From assembly GCA_963733675.1 (NCBI GenBank), contig CAVTET010000001.1, forward strand, positions 256,001 to 320,000: a DNA stretch of 64,000 bases, in the 5' to 3' direction. Each line of letters starts with the position of its first letter. Position 1 is the first letter of the stretch. Source of the DNA: an uncultured Methanosarcinaceae archaeon. Lineage in GTDB: Archaea > Halobacteriota > Methanosarcinia > Methanosarcinales > Methanosarcinaceae. The position numbers and the translations under genes are program-made. Under the pieces are notes generated by a model. The model ran no database searches and had not been told where the DNA came from. It saw nothing but the letters and a program-made list of their open reading frames with translations. Below, piece by piece: positions 11,532-24,658 of this stretch.

Positions 11532-11566
11532 TAATATTCTCCTTTCGATGTTAACAGTTTAACTGG

Positions 11567-12121
<555 letters not shown>

Positions 12122-13245
12122 TCAAAATCTATTGTAACGGATTTGCTTCAATATATAAATATTCGTATCCAGTTTGCAAACAGCCGTTTTGCAAACCATT
12201 TCGTATTAAACATGGGTATATAAAGATACCTACCTATATTTACATTTATCTGCAAATTGGCTATGAAGAACTTTAGCATGAAAATTATGTGTTTCCGTTT
12301 CTTTGAAGATGATTCAGGACTTGAAATTTGTAACCCCGAAGTTTAGATATTCGGAGCCTAGGTGCCTTATCACTTAGTTGTTTATAGTTTTGTCGATAGT
12401 TCAGTATTTCCGAATTTCGTGAATTCCAAAACCATTTTTAAAATCATAAGAAAATAAAAAAGGGAATTTCCAGCCTTAGCAAAGCAATATCTTTAGCAAT
12501 CTTTACTGAAATTTACTTAGCAATGTAGGTGGCCTGATCTCATTTAACTGTCGGCTATTGATAATCTTTTATTTATCAATTTGTTCGTGTTTAGAAGTGT
12601 CTATTGAATCAAAATATATATCTTCAACTGTTTTGTTTAGGCTGAATAATCTCAAAAAAGGTTATTGAAGTTAATTGAATCGTTGATTATGTAAAAGAAA
12701 AATGATTCCACTTATGATATTGGCACAACCAGTTTACTGTCCGTATGCTATAAATCATGTAGCATAGTAGATCTACTAATTTCACCTGACGAAGCAAACT
12801 ATAGTTATCAAGACGTTTTAATATTTTGTCTAATTTTAATACAAATAGTCATAATGGATTAGTTAATTACTGAAGAAGACGATTTGTCATTTTAATAAAT
12901 AAAAAAGTTTGATTTTATTTGTACTTTTATGACTTAAAATTTTTTATAAATTATTTGGAGATGAAGGGTTGAAGCTTCAATGAAGGCACAAAGTCAAAGA
13001 CTTGACAAATTTTTAAAATCACACTTTTGAATAATCTAATCGTTTTCAGAAAAACGATAATTATAAGAATTGAGAAAATTTACAATTATATGATAAAAAA
13101 TGGTTAAAAGTTGAAAATTTAGACTTGAATCAAATTATTATAATCCTAAAAGTAAAAATTAACACTTCGAAATTAGAATTATAATTAATTCGTGAGTTTA
13201 CCATCAGAGAAGGAAATCGGATTGATAACCCAGCTTGATAATTGT

Positions 13246-13863
13246 TTAAAATAGAATTTCCCATAGAGGATACCACTTTTCTATATTTGTTTCAATAGAC
13301 AATTCTCTTTCCATGTCTGCTCTGAGCCTGAATTCGAAAGGACTGTTCCTTTGCTTGTCTGATAGAGGAATAAAAGGGTAGTAATTTCCTTGCTTGAAGT
13401 TATATATCCAGTATACTGATTTTAGTCTGTTGGTTTTTTCTTCACTATAAGCAGTCAAACCTACAGATTCGCTGTCAAATCTGGAAATGATACATAGGGT
13501 ATGTTCTCCAAGTCCATGCTCTTCGAGAGTCTGGCTTACAAGGTAAATATTTGTAACAATTTCTTCAAAGTCCGAATCTTTAAAAATAACCCAGAGGAAG
13601 TTATAATTATCCTTTTCAATTTTGAATTTTGTCTCTTTATCCTTCGAGCTATATTCTAGGAGCTCCTGAATTTCTTTTCTAGTTGATTCGTAGGCTGAGG
13701 TACCTATTGGCTTAAAACAGATACCTGCATATTCTGATGGTTTCAAGCCTAAATTGCTTTCTAAGGTAATGGAAACTGTGGAAATCTTAACCAGCTTGTC
13801 GCTCTTTGCTTTAGGAAGTCTACTCCTCCCAAGAACTGCACCCATAAAATCCAGGAAACCCAT
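13246..13863 (-). CDS. PspAB-like conserved protein (HtpX-linked)
   Basis: MGFLD..LGRS start, YWIYNFKQG.YYPF and WYPLW end; lies downstream of htpX. Confidence 0.7.
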   Translation of the reverse strand: MGFLDFMGAVLGRSRLPKAKSDKLVKISTVSITLESNLGLKPSEYAGICFKPIGTSAYESTRKEIQELLEYSSKDKETKFKIEKDNYNFLWVIFKDSDFEEIVTNIYLVSQTLEEHGLGEHTLCIISRFDSESVGLTAYSEEKTNRLKSVYWIYNFKQGNYYPFIPLSDKQRNSPFEFRLRADMERELSIETNIEKWYPLWEILF

Positions 13864-14076
13864 TTAACTTATCTCCTTAATTCTTGAGACTTTAAATCTT
13901 CTGTATCACCAAAATCTACCATTGATTTCATTAGGAATTGATTACAATTAATCAAAAACTCACAAAAGAATAAAAAATATATGATTTCTCTACTTGAAAA
14001 TGTCAATTTAACGTGTTAACACAACTTATCTGCTCAAATTATTTATTTAACATGTATGCTTAACTTATACTCTTAT

Positions 14077-14954
14077 TTAATACAGTTCCCTTTGCATATG
14101 TTCAAGTTTTTCTGTCCTTTTTTCCACAGATGGGTGAGTGAAAAATAGATTCCTAATCGAAGAACCTGAGATTGCAGGAATGATTAAAAAGAAATTCATC
14201 CCTTCCATCTGTCTTAGATCTTCATCAGGGACCTTGTCCATGAGCCCACTTATTCTCATGAGAGCCGATGCAAGATCCCAAGGATGTCCGGTAATGATGG
14301 CTGAGCCTCTGCCTGCAGAATATTCCCTGTAGCGGGAAAGAGCGCGAACCAGTAGAAAACTGATGATCCAAACTGCAATAGAGACCAGCCAGACAAGCAC
14401 AAAATTTCTCCCTTCACGCCGCCTATCTCCTCCAATGTTGAAGTAAAGACTATAGCGGACAAAGTAAAAAGCTACTGTTGAAATAAAACTGGCAATAGTC
14501 ATGACAGCCATATCTCTGTTCTTAACGTGGCTTAGATCGTGAGCAAGTACAGCCTCAAGTTCAGCTGGAGAGAGTTTATTTAGAATTCCTGTTGTAACTG
14601 CTATAAATGCTTTATTCGGGCTCCAGCCTGTTGCGAAAGCATCTGGGATTCAGTCCTGACAATTGCAATCTGAGGTTTCGGTAAGTCAGCGAGTGCACAA
14701 AGCCTTGTGATCATTCCATGAAGCTATGCCTCGATTTCAGAGACTACCTGTGCTCCAGTTGTCCATAGCACCATTTTATCAGAATAGAAATATTGAACAC
14801 CCATAAAAAGACCAGTAAATATAATCATAAAAATTGAAGAAGTTCCATAGGACGAAAGGACTGCAAGGAAAAATAGGTAAACTACTACCAGAAGAAATAT
14901 TGTGAAAAACATCCGTCTCTGGAGTCCTAAGTCTCGTTCCCACTTTCTTTTCAT
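14077..14954 (-). pseudogene. htpX: HtpX zinc metalloprotease pseudogene
   Basis: TAG at 14724, frameshift near 14650, HExxH changed to HDLSH; SRYRE and THP motifs retained. Confidence 0.9.
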
Positions 14955-15029
14955 ATGTTATTTCGCCTGTCCAGATAGTTAATGTAGTTAATTCCAGCTT
15001 AAACAATAATCAAGCTGGGTTAAATGATA

Positions 15030-15119
15030 GAGGATTTCGCTAGCTCCCTAGATTTCGTCGTATGCGGATAAATCTACATATTATAGATTTGTGAAAATTA
15101 GATTTTTGTCGAAATCCTC
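15030..15119. mobile_element. 90-bp MITE of the GAGGATTTCG family
   Basis: GAGGATTTCG...CGAAATCCTC terminal inverted repeat. Confidence 0.7.
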
Positions 15120-15129
15120 GATAATTAGT

Positions 15130-15200
15130 ATAGATTAAGTTAACTTATTAAATGAACTATCTATAGATTAAATGAACTACCTGTAGATTAAATGAACCTA
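15130..15200. repeat. ~20-bp tandem repeat (TAGATTAAATGAACTA..), about 3 units
   Basis: ATTAAATGAAC repeated three times at 20-nt spacing. Confidence 0.8.
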
Positions 15201-16077
15201 CAACAAACCTAAAAAGACAAGTACTAAAAATTGTGGTGGCGCAACCAGCTGAAAGCGACTTGTATGTTTGCGCCAACGCCCTGATATAAAGGAATTATTC
15301 CAAATCAAGTATTTTTCATACAGACATAGGAAACATACAAACATACATAACAGTGTGGATTGAAAACGCTAGTAAACTTATAGGTTTCGAATCGGATCAC
15401 GACATTAAGGGTGCATTAATGATGGATGTAGAACATCAAAAAATGTATCTGATGACATCAGGGATATACAAGACATGCAAATGAGACAAGCCGAATGTGA
15501 TATAAAGAATAAGTGAACTCGGCAACTTATAGTCATCTTTTTAAATAATGCGAAATTTTACGCATAAATTTTTGCTTGTCCCAAAATTCATTTATTTCTT
15601 CATTTAATATTTTAATAATTTTAAATAATTTTATTGATGTTAACATTTCTTCTATCGTTTTTTCCAACAATATTTAATTTGGCTCCTATTTTTGGCTCCT
15701 ATTTAGAGTAACTGGAAGAAAATATAATCCTTGCAACTAATGAATGCTGTATTAATAAAATTTCTCTGTCAGTTTTGATTTATACCATACAGCTCTGTCA
15801 AGTCGAGGAAATATCTTTGCTCCTATCTCTCTCTTAAAATCAAGTAATGCTTTCGGGAGAGTCTATAAATTGAATTTATAGACACATAATCAAAAAGTCA
15901 GAAATTTTGGCACAAAAACTATACATAGAAAAGTTTCACTTCAGCATAGTGACCATATCCCTTATCCAAGCGTTTTGGCTATTGACTGCATTGGATCTAT
16001 GACGTTTTTAATTTTATAGAAAACTATGTACATTACCGCATCAGGCAGAGTTCTCAAAAAAATTATCTGTCAGCAAA

Positions 16078-16788
16078 TTAATAAAGTCTAATTGGCTCAA
16101 TTCCCATTTTTTCCATCAAGCAGGCAGAGATATCTATTACTTGTGAAACGGAATCAATCACAATTCCATCAGAAGTTGCCACAACTAGGTCATTTTTCTG
16201 ACCTTCTTCATATGCTTTAAGTTCAAAATCAGTGGTTTTTGAGATTCGAGCCTCACCTGGAATTCCATGTTCTTCCATTTTGTAGCGAATGAAACCTGCA
16301 AGTTCCCCGCTCCGGCTGATCTGAGCATCCAGTAAAAAAATGACTGACTTAGGATGGGCTTCGCAAAGAAATTTAATGACTAAATCCAGGGATTCCTCTA
16401 GATCTTCTACTTGCTTTGCTTTACTGAAGTAACAGCGAGTATCTCTTACATAACCGTCATCATATAACCATATGGGTTTTTTCCTAAGAAGACTATCCAC
16501 GCTAAGAAGAACATTATACCCATCGAGTAGAATATCTTTATACCTTGTGTCTATAAAGGCCACTTTTTTACTAATTCTGGAAGCTATCCTGTCAGGAGGT
16601 ACAATTATCCTTGTAAGAATGTGCCGTTCTTCTACTTTAAGCTGAAAATGGTCAGCTACGAAACAGATGGTTGCAAACTTTGGGTAACCCCATAAAAGTA
16701 TTCTTCTAATATCTCTAGCAGGCTTGAGTAACTTTTCTCTCATATAAGAACCATATAAATAAAAGGGACCTTCATACGTACCTTTCAT
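16078..16788 (-). CDS. DUF434 domain protein
   Basis: GYPK, LLDGYNVL, DDGYVRD, LDAQISRSGELA, VATSD motifs. Confidence 0.8.
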   Translation of the reverse strand: MKGTYEGPFYLYGSYMREKLLKPARDIRRILLWGYPKFATICFVADHFQLKVEERHILTRIIVPPDRIASRISKKVAFIDTRYKDILLDGYNVLLSVDSLLRKKPIWLYDDGYVRDTRCYFSKAKQVEDLEESLDLVIKFLCEAHPKSVIFLLDAQISRSGELAGFIRYKMEEHGIPGEARISKTTDFELKAYEEGQKNDLVVATSDGIVIDSVSQVIDISACLMEKMGIEPIRLY

Positions 16789-17083
16789 GCATACTTATCT
16801 CCTTTTAGGAAGGGAGTGCTTTAAATGAGTGAACAGATATCTCATATATACATATTTGCGCAAATAAAAATGGTAACATCTGACATCCAGCATTCAATTG
16901 TCTGTGAAATCTTTTGCTCCGGTTCTGCTCAGTTTAAAGAGGATTTATACGTACCCATTCATTTTCTCACATTATGTTCATAAATGGTACATTAAATGAC
17001 TCGTGAAAATAAGAGGTTTATCGAAATCCTCTACAGTTGCTTTTCAGCTGAGCCAGTTAAGGGCTCAGGCTGGGGGTTATGTT

Positions 17084-18064
17084 ATGGAAGTATTATGGCT
17101 GTCTCAGGAAGAAGTAAAAAGTGTTATAGATATGCGTTCAGTTATGCAAGTTGTGGAAAAAGCTTTCAGGCAGCACGGGCTTGGTAAGGTACAGATGCCT
17201 CCGAAATCCTATATCTACTATACTGCTTATAACGGGGATCTGAGGACAATGCCTGCATATCTTGAAGAAGAGAATATCACTGGCGTTAAAATTGTAAATG
17301 TCCACCCCGAAAATCCAACTTTTGGGCTTCCCACCGTAATGGCGCTAATAGTCCTGATTTCCGCGGAAACAGGTGCTCCTATGGCAGTTATGGACGGAAC
17401 CTGGCTGACAGATATCAGGACCGGAGCTGCAGGGGGAATTGCGGCAAAATATCTATCAAGAAGGGATTCAAAAATTATAGGGATGATCGGGACCGGAAAC
17501 CAAGCAAAGACCCAGCTTGAAGCTCTTTGTGAGGTATTTGATCCCGAACTGGTGAAAGTCACCTCTAGAACGAAAAAAAGCTGTGAACAGTTTATCCGGC
17601 ACTTTAGAGGCATTAAGCCTTCAGATATCCGCTACGAAGAAAAAATAGAAAATGTATGCGATTGTGATATTCTGGTAACAACAACTCCAACCCGCAAACC
17701 GATCGTGAAAGCTCGATGGATTCAAGAAGGCACTCATATAAATGCAATCGGAGCTGATGCAGTGGGAAAAGAAGAACTTGACCCCGAACTTATTATCCAC
17801 TCCAAGATAATTGTAGATGATATGGTTCAGGCGCTTCATTCGGGCGAAGTAAATGTTCCTCTTTCGAAGCACTACATTTCTGAAAATGATATTCATGCTC
17901 AGCTCGGCGAAGTGATCGTAGGTCTTAAACCTGGTCGGATCACTGAAGAGGAGATTACAATCTTCGATTCAACAGGCCTTGCCATTCAGGACGTTGCAAG
18001 CGCACATCTGGTTTATGAAAGGGCTGTCAGTAAAGGGATTGGAAGGCAAGTGCACATGTTTTAA
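17084..18064 (+). CDS. ala: Alanine dehydrogenase (OCD/mu-crystallin family)
   Basis: GDLRTMPAY, GVKIVNVHPEN, RTGAAG, FDSTGLAIQD; likely start MEVLWL at 17084. Confidence 0.9.
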   Translation: MEVLWLSQEEVKSVIDMRSVMQVVEKAFRQHGLGKVQMPPKSYIYYTAYNGDLRTMPAYLEEENITGVKIVNVHPENPTFGLPTVMALIVLISAETGAPMAVMDGTWLTDIRTGAAGGIAAKYLSRRDSKIIGMIGTGNQAKTQLEALCEVFDPELVKVTSRTKKSCEQFIRHFRGIKPSDIRYEEKIENVCDCDILVTTTPTRKPIVKARWIQEGTHINAIGADAVGKEELDPELIIHSKIIVDDMVQALHSGEVNVPLSKHYISENDIHAQLGEVIVGLKPGRITEEEITIFDSTGLAIQDVASAHLVYERAVSKGIGRQVHMF

Positions 18065-18344
18065 ATATATATTATCTCTAAACTTCAGCCTCTTTGTTCC
18101 TTTTTAATTTTTCCCAACCGATGGCTATATAGAATCCTCGAAGCATATAAATTGACGAGTAAATAATCTTCAAAGTAAAATTTGGCACTTAATAACTTTC
18201 GAAAAATGAATTTATTTTCATGTGCATAAATCTCTCCACTAATTATAAAATGATTATTTCACTAAATTCCACACACTCATAAACAACTCCTTCATATCCC
18301 ATTATATGTGATGAAAAAATGTCCACATTCCCTTCATATTTGAG

Positions 18345-18520
18345 AAATACCACTCAGCTGAAGACGGAGTGACTTCTTAGTTCATTCCTTTCTCTTTTGA
18401 GAACAAGTCCCCAATTACATCCCCCAATTCCATGGTGTCAGATTCCAATTAGATTTTGATCAATGAGAGAGAATTTTTTGATGTTAATTGCAGCATTAAT
18501 GTCTCTATCATATTAGCCTA
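18345..18520 (-). mobile_element. tnpB: IS605-type tnpB C-terminal fragment and right end
   Basis: DRDINAAINIKKFSLIDQNLIG on minus strand followed by CACTC..GAGTG hairpin. Confidence 0.7.
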
Positions 18521-18689
18521 ACTAACTATCAAATGTTGTTGAACTATACTCATACTTGGTCTCATCAGCAATCAAATTCCAACCACTTGGATTTGTCGTT
18601 ATTTTTTGATCACCATTATTAAATAGATATAGAGTTACAACTAACCATTCATAACTCATTGGAGCTGCTTTTGGGCAATTTATTGGTAC

Positions 18690-19193
18690 TCGTCAACCAA
18701 ATTTACACTCACCCCAACACCTGCTCCAATGTCAAAGCAAAACAGATCCAAACAACGTTGACAAATAATATTTGCTTAGAACTATCAAGAATGTTTCTAT
18801 AGTCCTGTTGGGTCATAGTTTCCATCTTCAGTGTAAAACTTCAAAGTAAACCACGTGAATCACGAGCAACGTCAGCAGGACCCAGTTCCACACTTACTGT
18901 GGAAAAACGAGCAAAAACCTCAATACACTTGCCGACTTCAGAACGTAACTTTGCTTTGTTGTATATGGTCACGTCCACAGTTACCCTACAGTACCCCCCG
19001 TTTCCTGCACCTTAGGCATGTACTAAACGCTCAGGAATACATTCACGATCGAAGTAGCTAAATTTATTATCGAGCAAATGAATATCCGCATAAGGACAGG
19101 ACCACGTTCCCCAGTTGCAAGGCCACTCTGATCATCACCCACAGGGATTCCAAAACTAGTAGTTAACACCTTGGAAGATTTTGTTTCACTCAT
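18690..19193 (-). pseudogene. katE: Monofunctional catalase pseudogene (5' part only)
   Basis: LTTSFGIPVGDDQ..GERGPVLM, FDRE.IPERLVHA.GAG; frameshifts and truncation. Confidence 0.85.
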
Positions 19194-19752
19194 TTTGTAC
19201 TTCACTCCTCTACTCCATTGGGGAATATTTGATATATCAATCAAGTGATAAGCGTATTTGACTCTTTATTAGAGCCCAAAAAATAATGATTATCCGAACC
19301 AAATCATCAGTATGATATGGATATTTCGTATCACTGAGAATACATACGTGCATCTAATCATCAAGTTGTAGGAATGTATATAAATTAGAGATCCTACTTT
19401 CTTTAGCTGGATATTTTTTCCAAAAAGTAAGCTGCACAACTCCAAGTGCTATTATCAACCTCATTTCACTTTCTGAGCGGTGTGTTTTTTGGTTCTCTGT
19501 ATTCACATAAGATTATAAAACGAATGCAATTGATGAAAGGACATTCTAAGATGGAAATATCAGCCAGCTAATAGGGTATAACCTATTAGGTTAAAATTCC
19601 ATAACATTGCCATATTTTTGAACTCGATTTTTATAGCATAATTTTGATAAAAACGTAGCTACCAATCAAGTTGCTGCTGAAATGTTTCAATACTTTTTTA
19701 GTGACTCTTGCTTGCGAATAATTATATACAATTAATCATTTATTAGGAATGT

Positions 19753-20150
19753 ATGAAAGGATTTTCTACTGATATCGAAGAAACACTTTGGAAAATAGCA
19801 ATTTTCGAAAGGTGCTCTATACTTCAAAGCACAACCAATTGGTACTTATGAGTCTCAAGGCTGGTGAAGAAATCGGGATTGAAGTGCATGAGGAAAACTA
19901 CCAATTTTTCCATTTTGAGAAAGGGAAGGGGAAGTGTATTATTGACGGCAACGAATATGACGTCGGTGACGGTGTTGTGGTAGTAGTACTTTCCGGTGCA
20001 CAGCATAATATTATCAACACTTCGAAAACGGATTATCTGAAACTCTATACAATTTCTTCCCCACCGCATCACAAAAATGGAATCATTCGCGCTACGAAGG
20101 AAGAAGCCGAAGCCAATGAAGCAGAATTCGACGGAGTGGCTACGGAATAA
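19753..20150 (+). pseudogene. Cupin-domain protein with 5' frameshift
   Basis: MKGFSTDIEE at 19753 is out of frame with ENSNFRKVLYT..QLVLMSL..GEEIG.EVH..HNIINT..PPHH. Confidence 0.75.
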
Positions 20151-20371
20151 TGTCATAAAAAGCAGGAACAATAATTAAGATCCTGTTCAAAAATTCAAAA
20201 CAAAACATTTTTCATCACAATTTTTTGCATGAATGATTACGTTTTCACCAGAGTGATTGGGGAATTCTTAATCGCCTTTGATATAATCTGACAAAGGACA
20301 GCATTGTAAACCCTACTGATATCACTCTCATTGGAATTTACTAAGCTGACTTATCTACAACACTTTTTTTT

Positions 20372-20725
20372 GTGGACTTATGCACGCTCAACATCCAGAG
20401 ATTCTCTCTGGGATGATATGTTAAGCATACTGGCAGGGATCATTATCTGGTAATCAGACACGTTTTATAAATAGGTTGGCTTAACCTCAATTTGAGTCCA
20501 TGTCCCCACATTTTTTGCGTTTATTTTTGGTGTGTGACTTGTTTTATATCCCCAAACTTCATTGATTTCTCTTTTGACTCCATGGCTTTTTGGAGAATCG
20601 CCTTGTGATAGCATCCACTGTTTTGGATAAAGATCTTGTGTGTATTTGATTGTCATAAGAGGTGTGCGAGGAATTGTGAACTCTCTAATTCTCCATACTC
20701 TATTTTTCTCAGTTGCTCGAGTGTA
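20372..20725 (-). mobile_element. Probable IS remnant truncating the adjacent secreted-protein gene
   Basis: GGACTTATGCAC end-like motif near 20374; abrupt sequence change at the 3' end of the neighbouring gene. Confidence 0.35.
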
Positions 20726-22267
20726 ATACGGTATAATAGAGCATCTTCATGTGTTGTACATGATGAATCCTTTAGTTTTAAAAGTGATGAGCTTTGAACT
20801 GTGAGATTATCTGTGTAATTGTTTGCAGTAGCTAGATGCAGATTACCGGTAAATCCTTCGTTACTATACATTGTAAGTAATGCATATTTTGTCGATTTAC
20901 CTGGATAAGTCATCACATTAATATGCCAGGGATAATAGGGACTTGATTGACTCACATATTGTTTATTATCAAAATGTATACCATCAGTGGATGTATATCT
21001 ATAGATTACATGCGGGGCAGGATCGATATCAACAATCCACATGTAATACGTTTTTGTGGCTTTAGCATAGAGAACAGCAGGTGATAACCCATGAGCTGTG
21101 ACATTTATTTATGGTGAAACAGTAATACCATCATTTGACTTTCGGGTCTTCTACGGTTTCATTACCCCTTACATCTCCTATTACATAGTAGAGCATAAAT
21201 TTTCCGGTATCAGGATTGTATATGAGATGAGAATCAGAGCCATAAGGATCAGAACCACGTGAATCAGAACCGTATGGATCAGAACCATACGGATCAAGAC
21301 CATAAGCATTTGATTCATACTCAGATTCTATTGGTGTTCCAATAGGATTTTTCACTCCTGGCGGTACATGCCAAATTAGGCCATCATCAGAATAGTACAA
21401 ACATGCATTTTCAAGCTCACCTCTCGAGTATGCATATGGTGTAATAAACATCCACCATTTGTGACCAAATATGCCAGTCTTATTGAAATAGATAGATGGG
21501 TGATTGAACTGGTTATACCAATATGGATCAGGTATAGATAAGGGTAGACGATTTTGAGTTACATTTAGCATGTACATATTTGCATTACCAGAAGAATCAT
21601 GACTGTATGCCACTGTATGTGAAATATTCTCTTGGACGTAATCATTTAGTCTGATCCCAGGGATTGGCACATTAATATCCGAACTGTTTGAGTTTACCCA
21701 AATCATTGCTTTGTCTATTCCTTGACTTTGGAATGAGCCACCGTCACTAGTGAATCTTGTATGCCATCAATCTGCTCCTCTGATCCCACCTACGAGTGTA
21801 CCGAGACCAAAAGAAGCATTAGAGAATGTGCCTAAGTTATGGGTACCCCCTGTTAGTGTTTCATTGACCGCCAATTCAATGCCGTTCGTGAACGATTTAT
21901 TCAGCACAACATTCGCAGAAGATGTGTTACCAGAGCCTGACAACACCAGATGTCCATGCTGTATGTCAACTGTTGAATTATTGTTTCCTTCTTTGTAAGC
22001 TGTCCACTTTGATGTATTTAAGCTGCCTGAGCTAAAGTTATCGTATGCCCACATGACTGCATCCCCATTTGGGGGATAGCCAGGCGTATTGTACACATTG
22101 AAATGTTGTGTGCTGCCATTCATGTCGACTTTGAGCCACAAATTATGTTGTGGATCAATGTAATAAGGCTGTGCCGCAGATTTCAAGGTCAGAGATGTCG
22201 CAAGTGCAGTCTCCAACAATAAAATCATACTGATTAATAAAAAGAATATTTTATACTTCATTTCCAT
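20725..22267 (-). pseudogene. Fragmented secreted protein (DUF2341-like N-terminus plus glycosidase-like beta-propeller)
   Basis: Signal peptide MEMKYKIFFLL...ALA; HPSIYF..WWM..TPY..ENACLYYSDDG..W; DPYGS repeats; split into three ORFs. Confidence 0.7.
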
Positions 22268-22466
22268 AATAGACCGTCTTTTAAATATTATTTTGATATT
22301 TTTACTGAATACTAAGCTAAGTGCCAAAATAAATGGTTTTTTGATTCCACCTATATTGGGAAACAAGTTGGAAAATAATGATATTATACACATATATATT
22401 TAATCATGTTTAAATAAAGCCATAGATGTTAAAAAAATCTATGTCTCTTCATAAAATAAATATAAT

Positions 22467-22610
22467 AGGACTTACGCCGTTGAAAAGAACAGAATCAGCA
22501 GGATTAAATCATTAATAATCTAAGACCTTCATTTAGTTGGTTAAAAAATCTGTTAATATCGAAATGAATATTGCAATAATCTATTAATCTCAATTTACAT
22601 TTTTAGGTTT
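22467..22610. mobile_element. Degenerate TAGGACTTACGC-ended MITE
   Basis: TAGGACTTACGCCGTTGAA left end. Confidence 0.55.
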
Positions 22611-23402
22611 ACAGAAAAAAACAGCAAAAGCTACAGATCTTTGGTGGAAATGACCTGAAGCTGTATCTAGATACTTAATTTGATAGGGCTCTTTTAGGTA
22701 TATTTTTACTCAGGTACGAAAAGACGACAAAAGAAGTGAGAATGAAATAAAGAAGCTGTCTTGGAAAAAAACTGGTAGTTTAAAAAATAAAGATTTATGG
22801 GGAGGATACACTCCATATACAGATCTATTACTCATGGAGCTTATGGGACTTCTATAGCATATGGAGTTTATAATCGGCAAATAAGAAAAAATAAATATAT
22901 AGTGCTCTAAACAAAACTAAAAATCTGAATAAACCGAATCAAAAATTCAATTTTTCAATACCGGAACAATATTTGGATAAAGAGCCTGGAAAAACGTTTT
23001 TTATATTCTTTTTATGCTTCATCTCCAAGTTTAAGACCAATAAAAAATTTTGATACTTTATAAATTCATTTTTCTCATTTGATAAAATCATGATAATATA
23101 ATATTGACACACACATAGATTTCGCTATAAAACCTGTGCATCTGTAGGAAAGGTAAGTCATATTTTTAGTGATTAAGACAAAGAATGAAGAGTCGGTTAG
23201 ATTTCACAGAACTTTAGCTACACTATCAAAAATACCTACCAAAACGAAATGTAAAATCTGAAAAATAACAATATTTTGCGTAATGGTTGTCACTTTGAAG
23301 TATGGTATTTGTTGATAAATTTTGAATATTATCTACATAAAATTATAAAATATATTTAATATTAATTTTATGTTATTCTTTAAACTGTTTCATGCAGACT
23401 AA

Positions 23403-24274
23403 GAGCTTATCCAAAAAATGATATACTTCCAATTTAAGATCATGTGTGGTAATGACAAAACGGAAAATTGTTCAGGACTACTAACTTTCTGAAGATTATT
23501 GGAAAAAAATAAAGCCTTTACTACCTGTACCTAAGCCAAAAAAGAAGTCTGGAAGACCTAGAAAGGGTGATAGGAAAATAATGAGTGGCATCCTCTATCT
23601 CCTTGTTACTGGTTACCAATGGAAAGCATTGCCACGATTTTATGGAGCTTCAAGCACTGTACATGATAGATTTCAGGAATGGCAACTATCAGGCTTATTT
23701 GAGAGCATGTGGCTGGCTGGTCTTGTTGAGTATGATTTCGAAAAAGGATTAGAATGGGAATGACAATCAATTTACGGTGCTATGACAAAAACACCATTAG
23801 GTGGAGCTGGAACAGGAACCAATCCTACTGATCGTGGCAAAAAAGGTACAAAAAGGATTGTTTTAACTGATGGTAAAGGCATACCACTTTCTGTTGTCGT
23901 TGATGGAGCCAATCGTCACGATAAAAAACTTGTAAAAAGGACTTTAGACGCCATATTCTTTGAAAGACCTTCTCCAGAAAACATAATTCAGAATATATGC
24001 ATAGATAAGGGTTATGATTTCACCGATATCAGAAAATTGGTTGAAGAATATGGTTATACTGAGCATATCAAAAGTTGTGGAGAAGAAAACATAAGAAGAG
24101 ACATATCTGGTTTTAGGGCAAGAAGATGGGTTGTAGAAAGGACACATTCTTGGCTGAATAGATTCAGAAGACTCCTTATAAGATGCGAAAAGAAAATTGA
24201 AAATTACCTTGCTATGCTACATTTAGCGTGCGCATTGATAACATTAAGATCAGCAGGATTTTTCGGATAGCCTC
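23403..24274 (+). mobile_element. IS5-family (IS1031-like) element, transposase disrupted
   Basis: TIR GAGCTTATCCAAAAA / TTTTCGGATAGCCTC, TAA target duplication, DKGYD and RWVVERTHSW; in-frame TAA and TGA. Confidence 0.92.
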
Positions 24275-24427
24275 TAAGTACATAGATCACTTCTTTCTCT
24301 TATTTTTTTGACCAAAGCGAAAAGTTTTAATCTTATTGATTAGTCATTTATAAATATCTCATATGGAATCTACAATTTTATATGGGTTGAGTGTAATAAT
24401 AGGAAGAGAATCCTAGAGGTATTATTT

Positions 24428-24658
24428 ATGAAAAAAATGATAAAGATCATAGGAATGCTTATTGTTATAGCTGTTGTTGTCTTTTCAGCCGGCTGTGCCA
24501 CCAAAAAGACAGAGACTACAAATACAACAAACGCTACAAGCACTGTAACAAATGTATCAACTGAAAGTGGACATAACGCCCCAGTCACAACTGAAGTTCC
24601 AACTGGAAACACAACTACTGAAAGCAAGGTCACTACTAACGTAACTACTACTAAATAA
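24428..24658 (+). CDS. Small Thr-rich lipoprotein
   Basis: MKKMIK-hydrophobic-SAGC lipobox, Thr/Asn-rich mature part, GAGGT RBS. Confidence 0.75.
   Translation: MKKMIKIIGMLIVIAVVVFSAGCATKKTETTNTTNATSTVTNVSTESGHNAPVTTEVPTGNTTTESKVTTNVTTTK

Noticed and set aside
14724-14726. TAG in htpX as pyrrolysine
   Set aside because: The gene also has a frameshift and an HExxH-to-HDxxH change, so it is a pseudogene
15236-15275. GGCGCAA...GAAA...TTGCGCC hairpin as a group II intron domain or ncRNA
   Set aside because: Lacks the domain V catalytic triad; the surroundings look like a decayed coding remnant
17003-17083. N-terminal extension of alanine dehydrogenase
   Set aside because: Runs through a MITE end; the ATG at 17084 fits the family start and follows a GGGGG RBS-like tract
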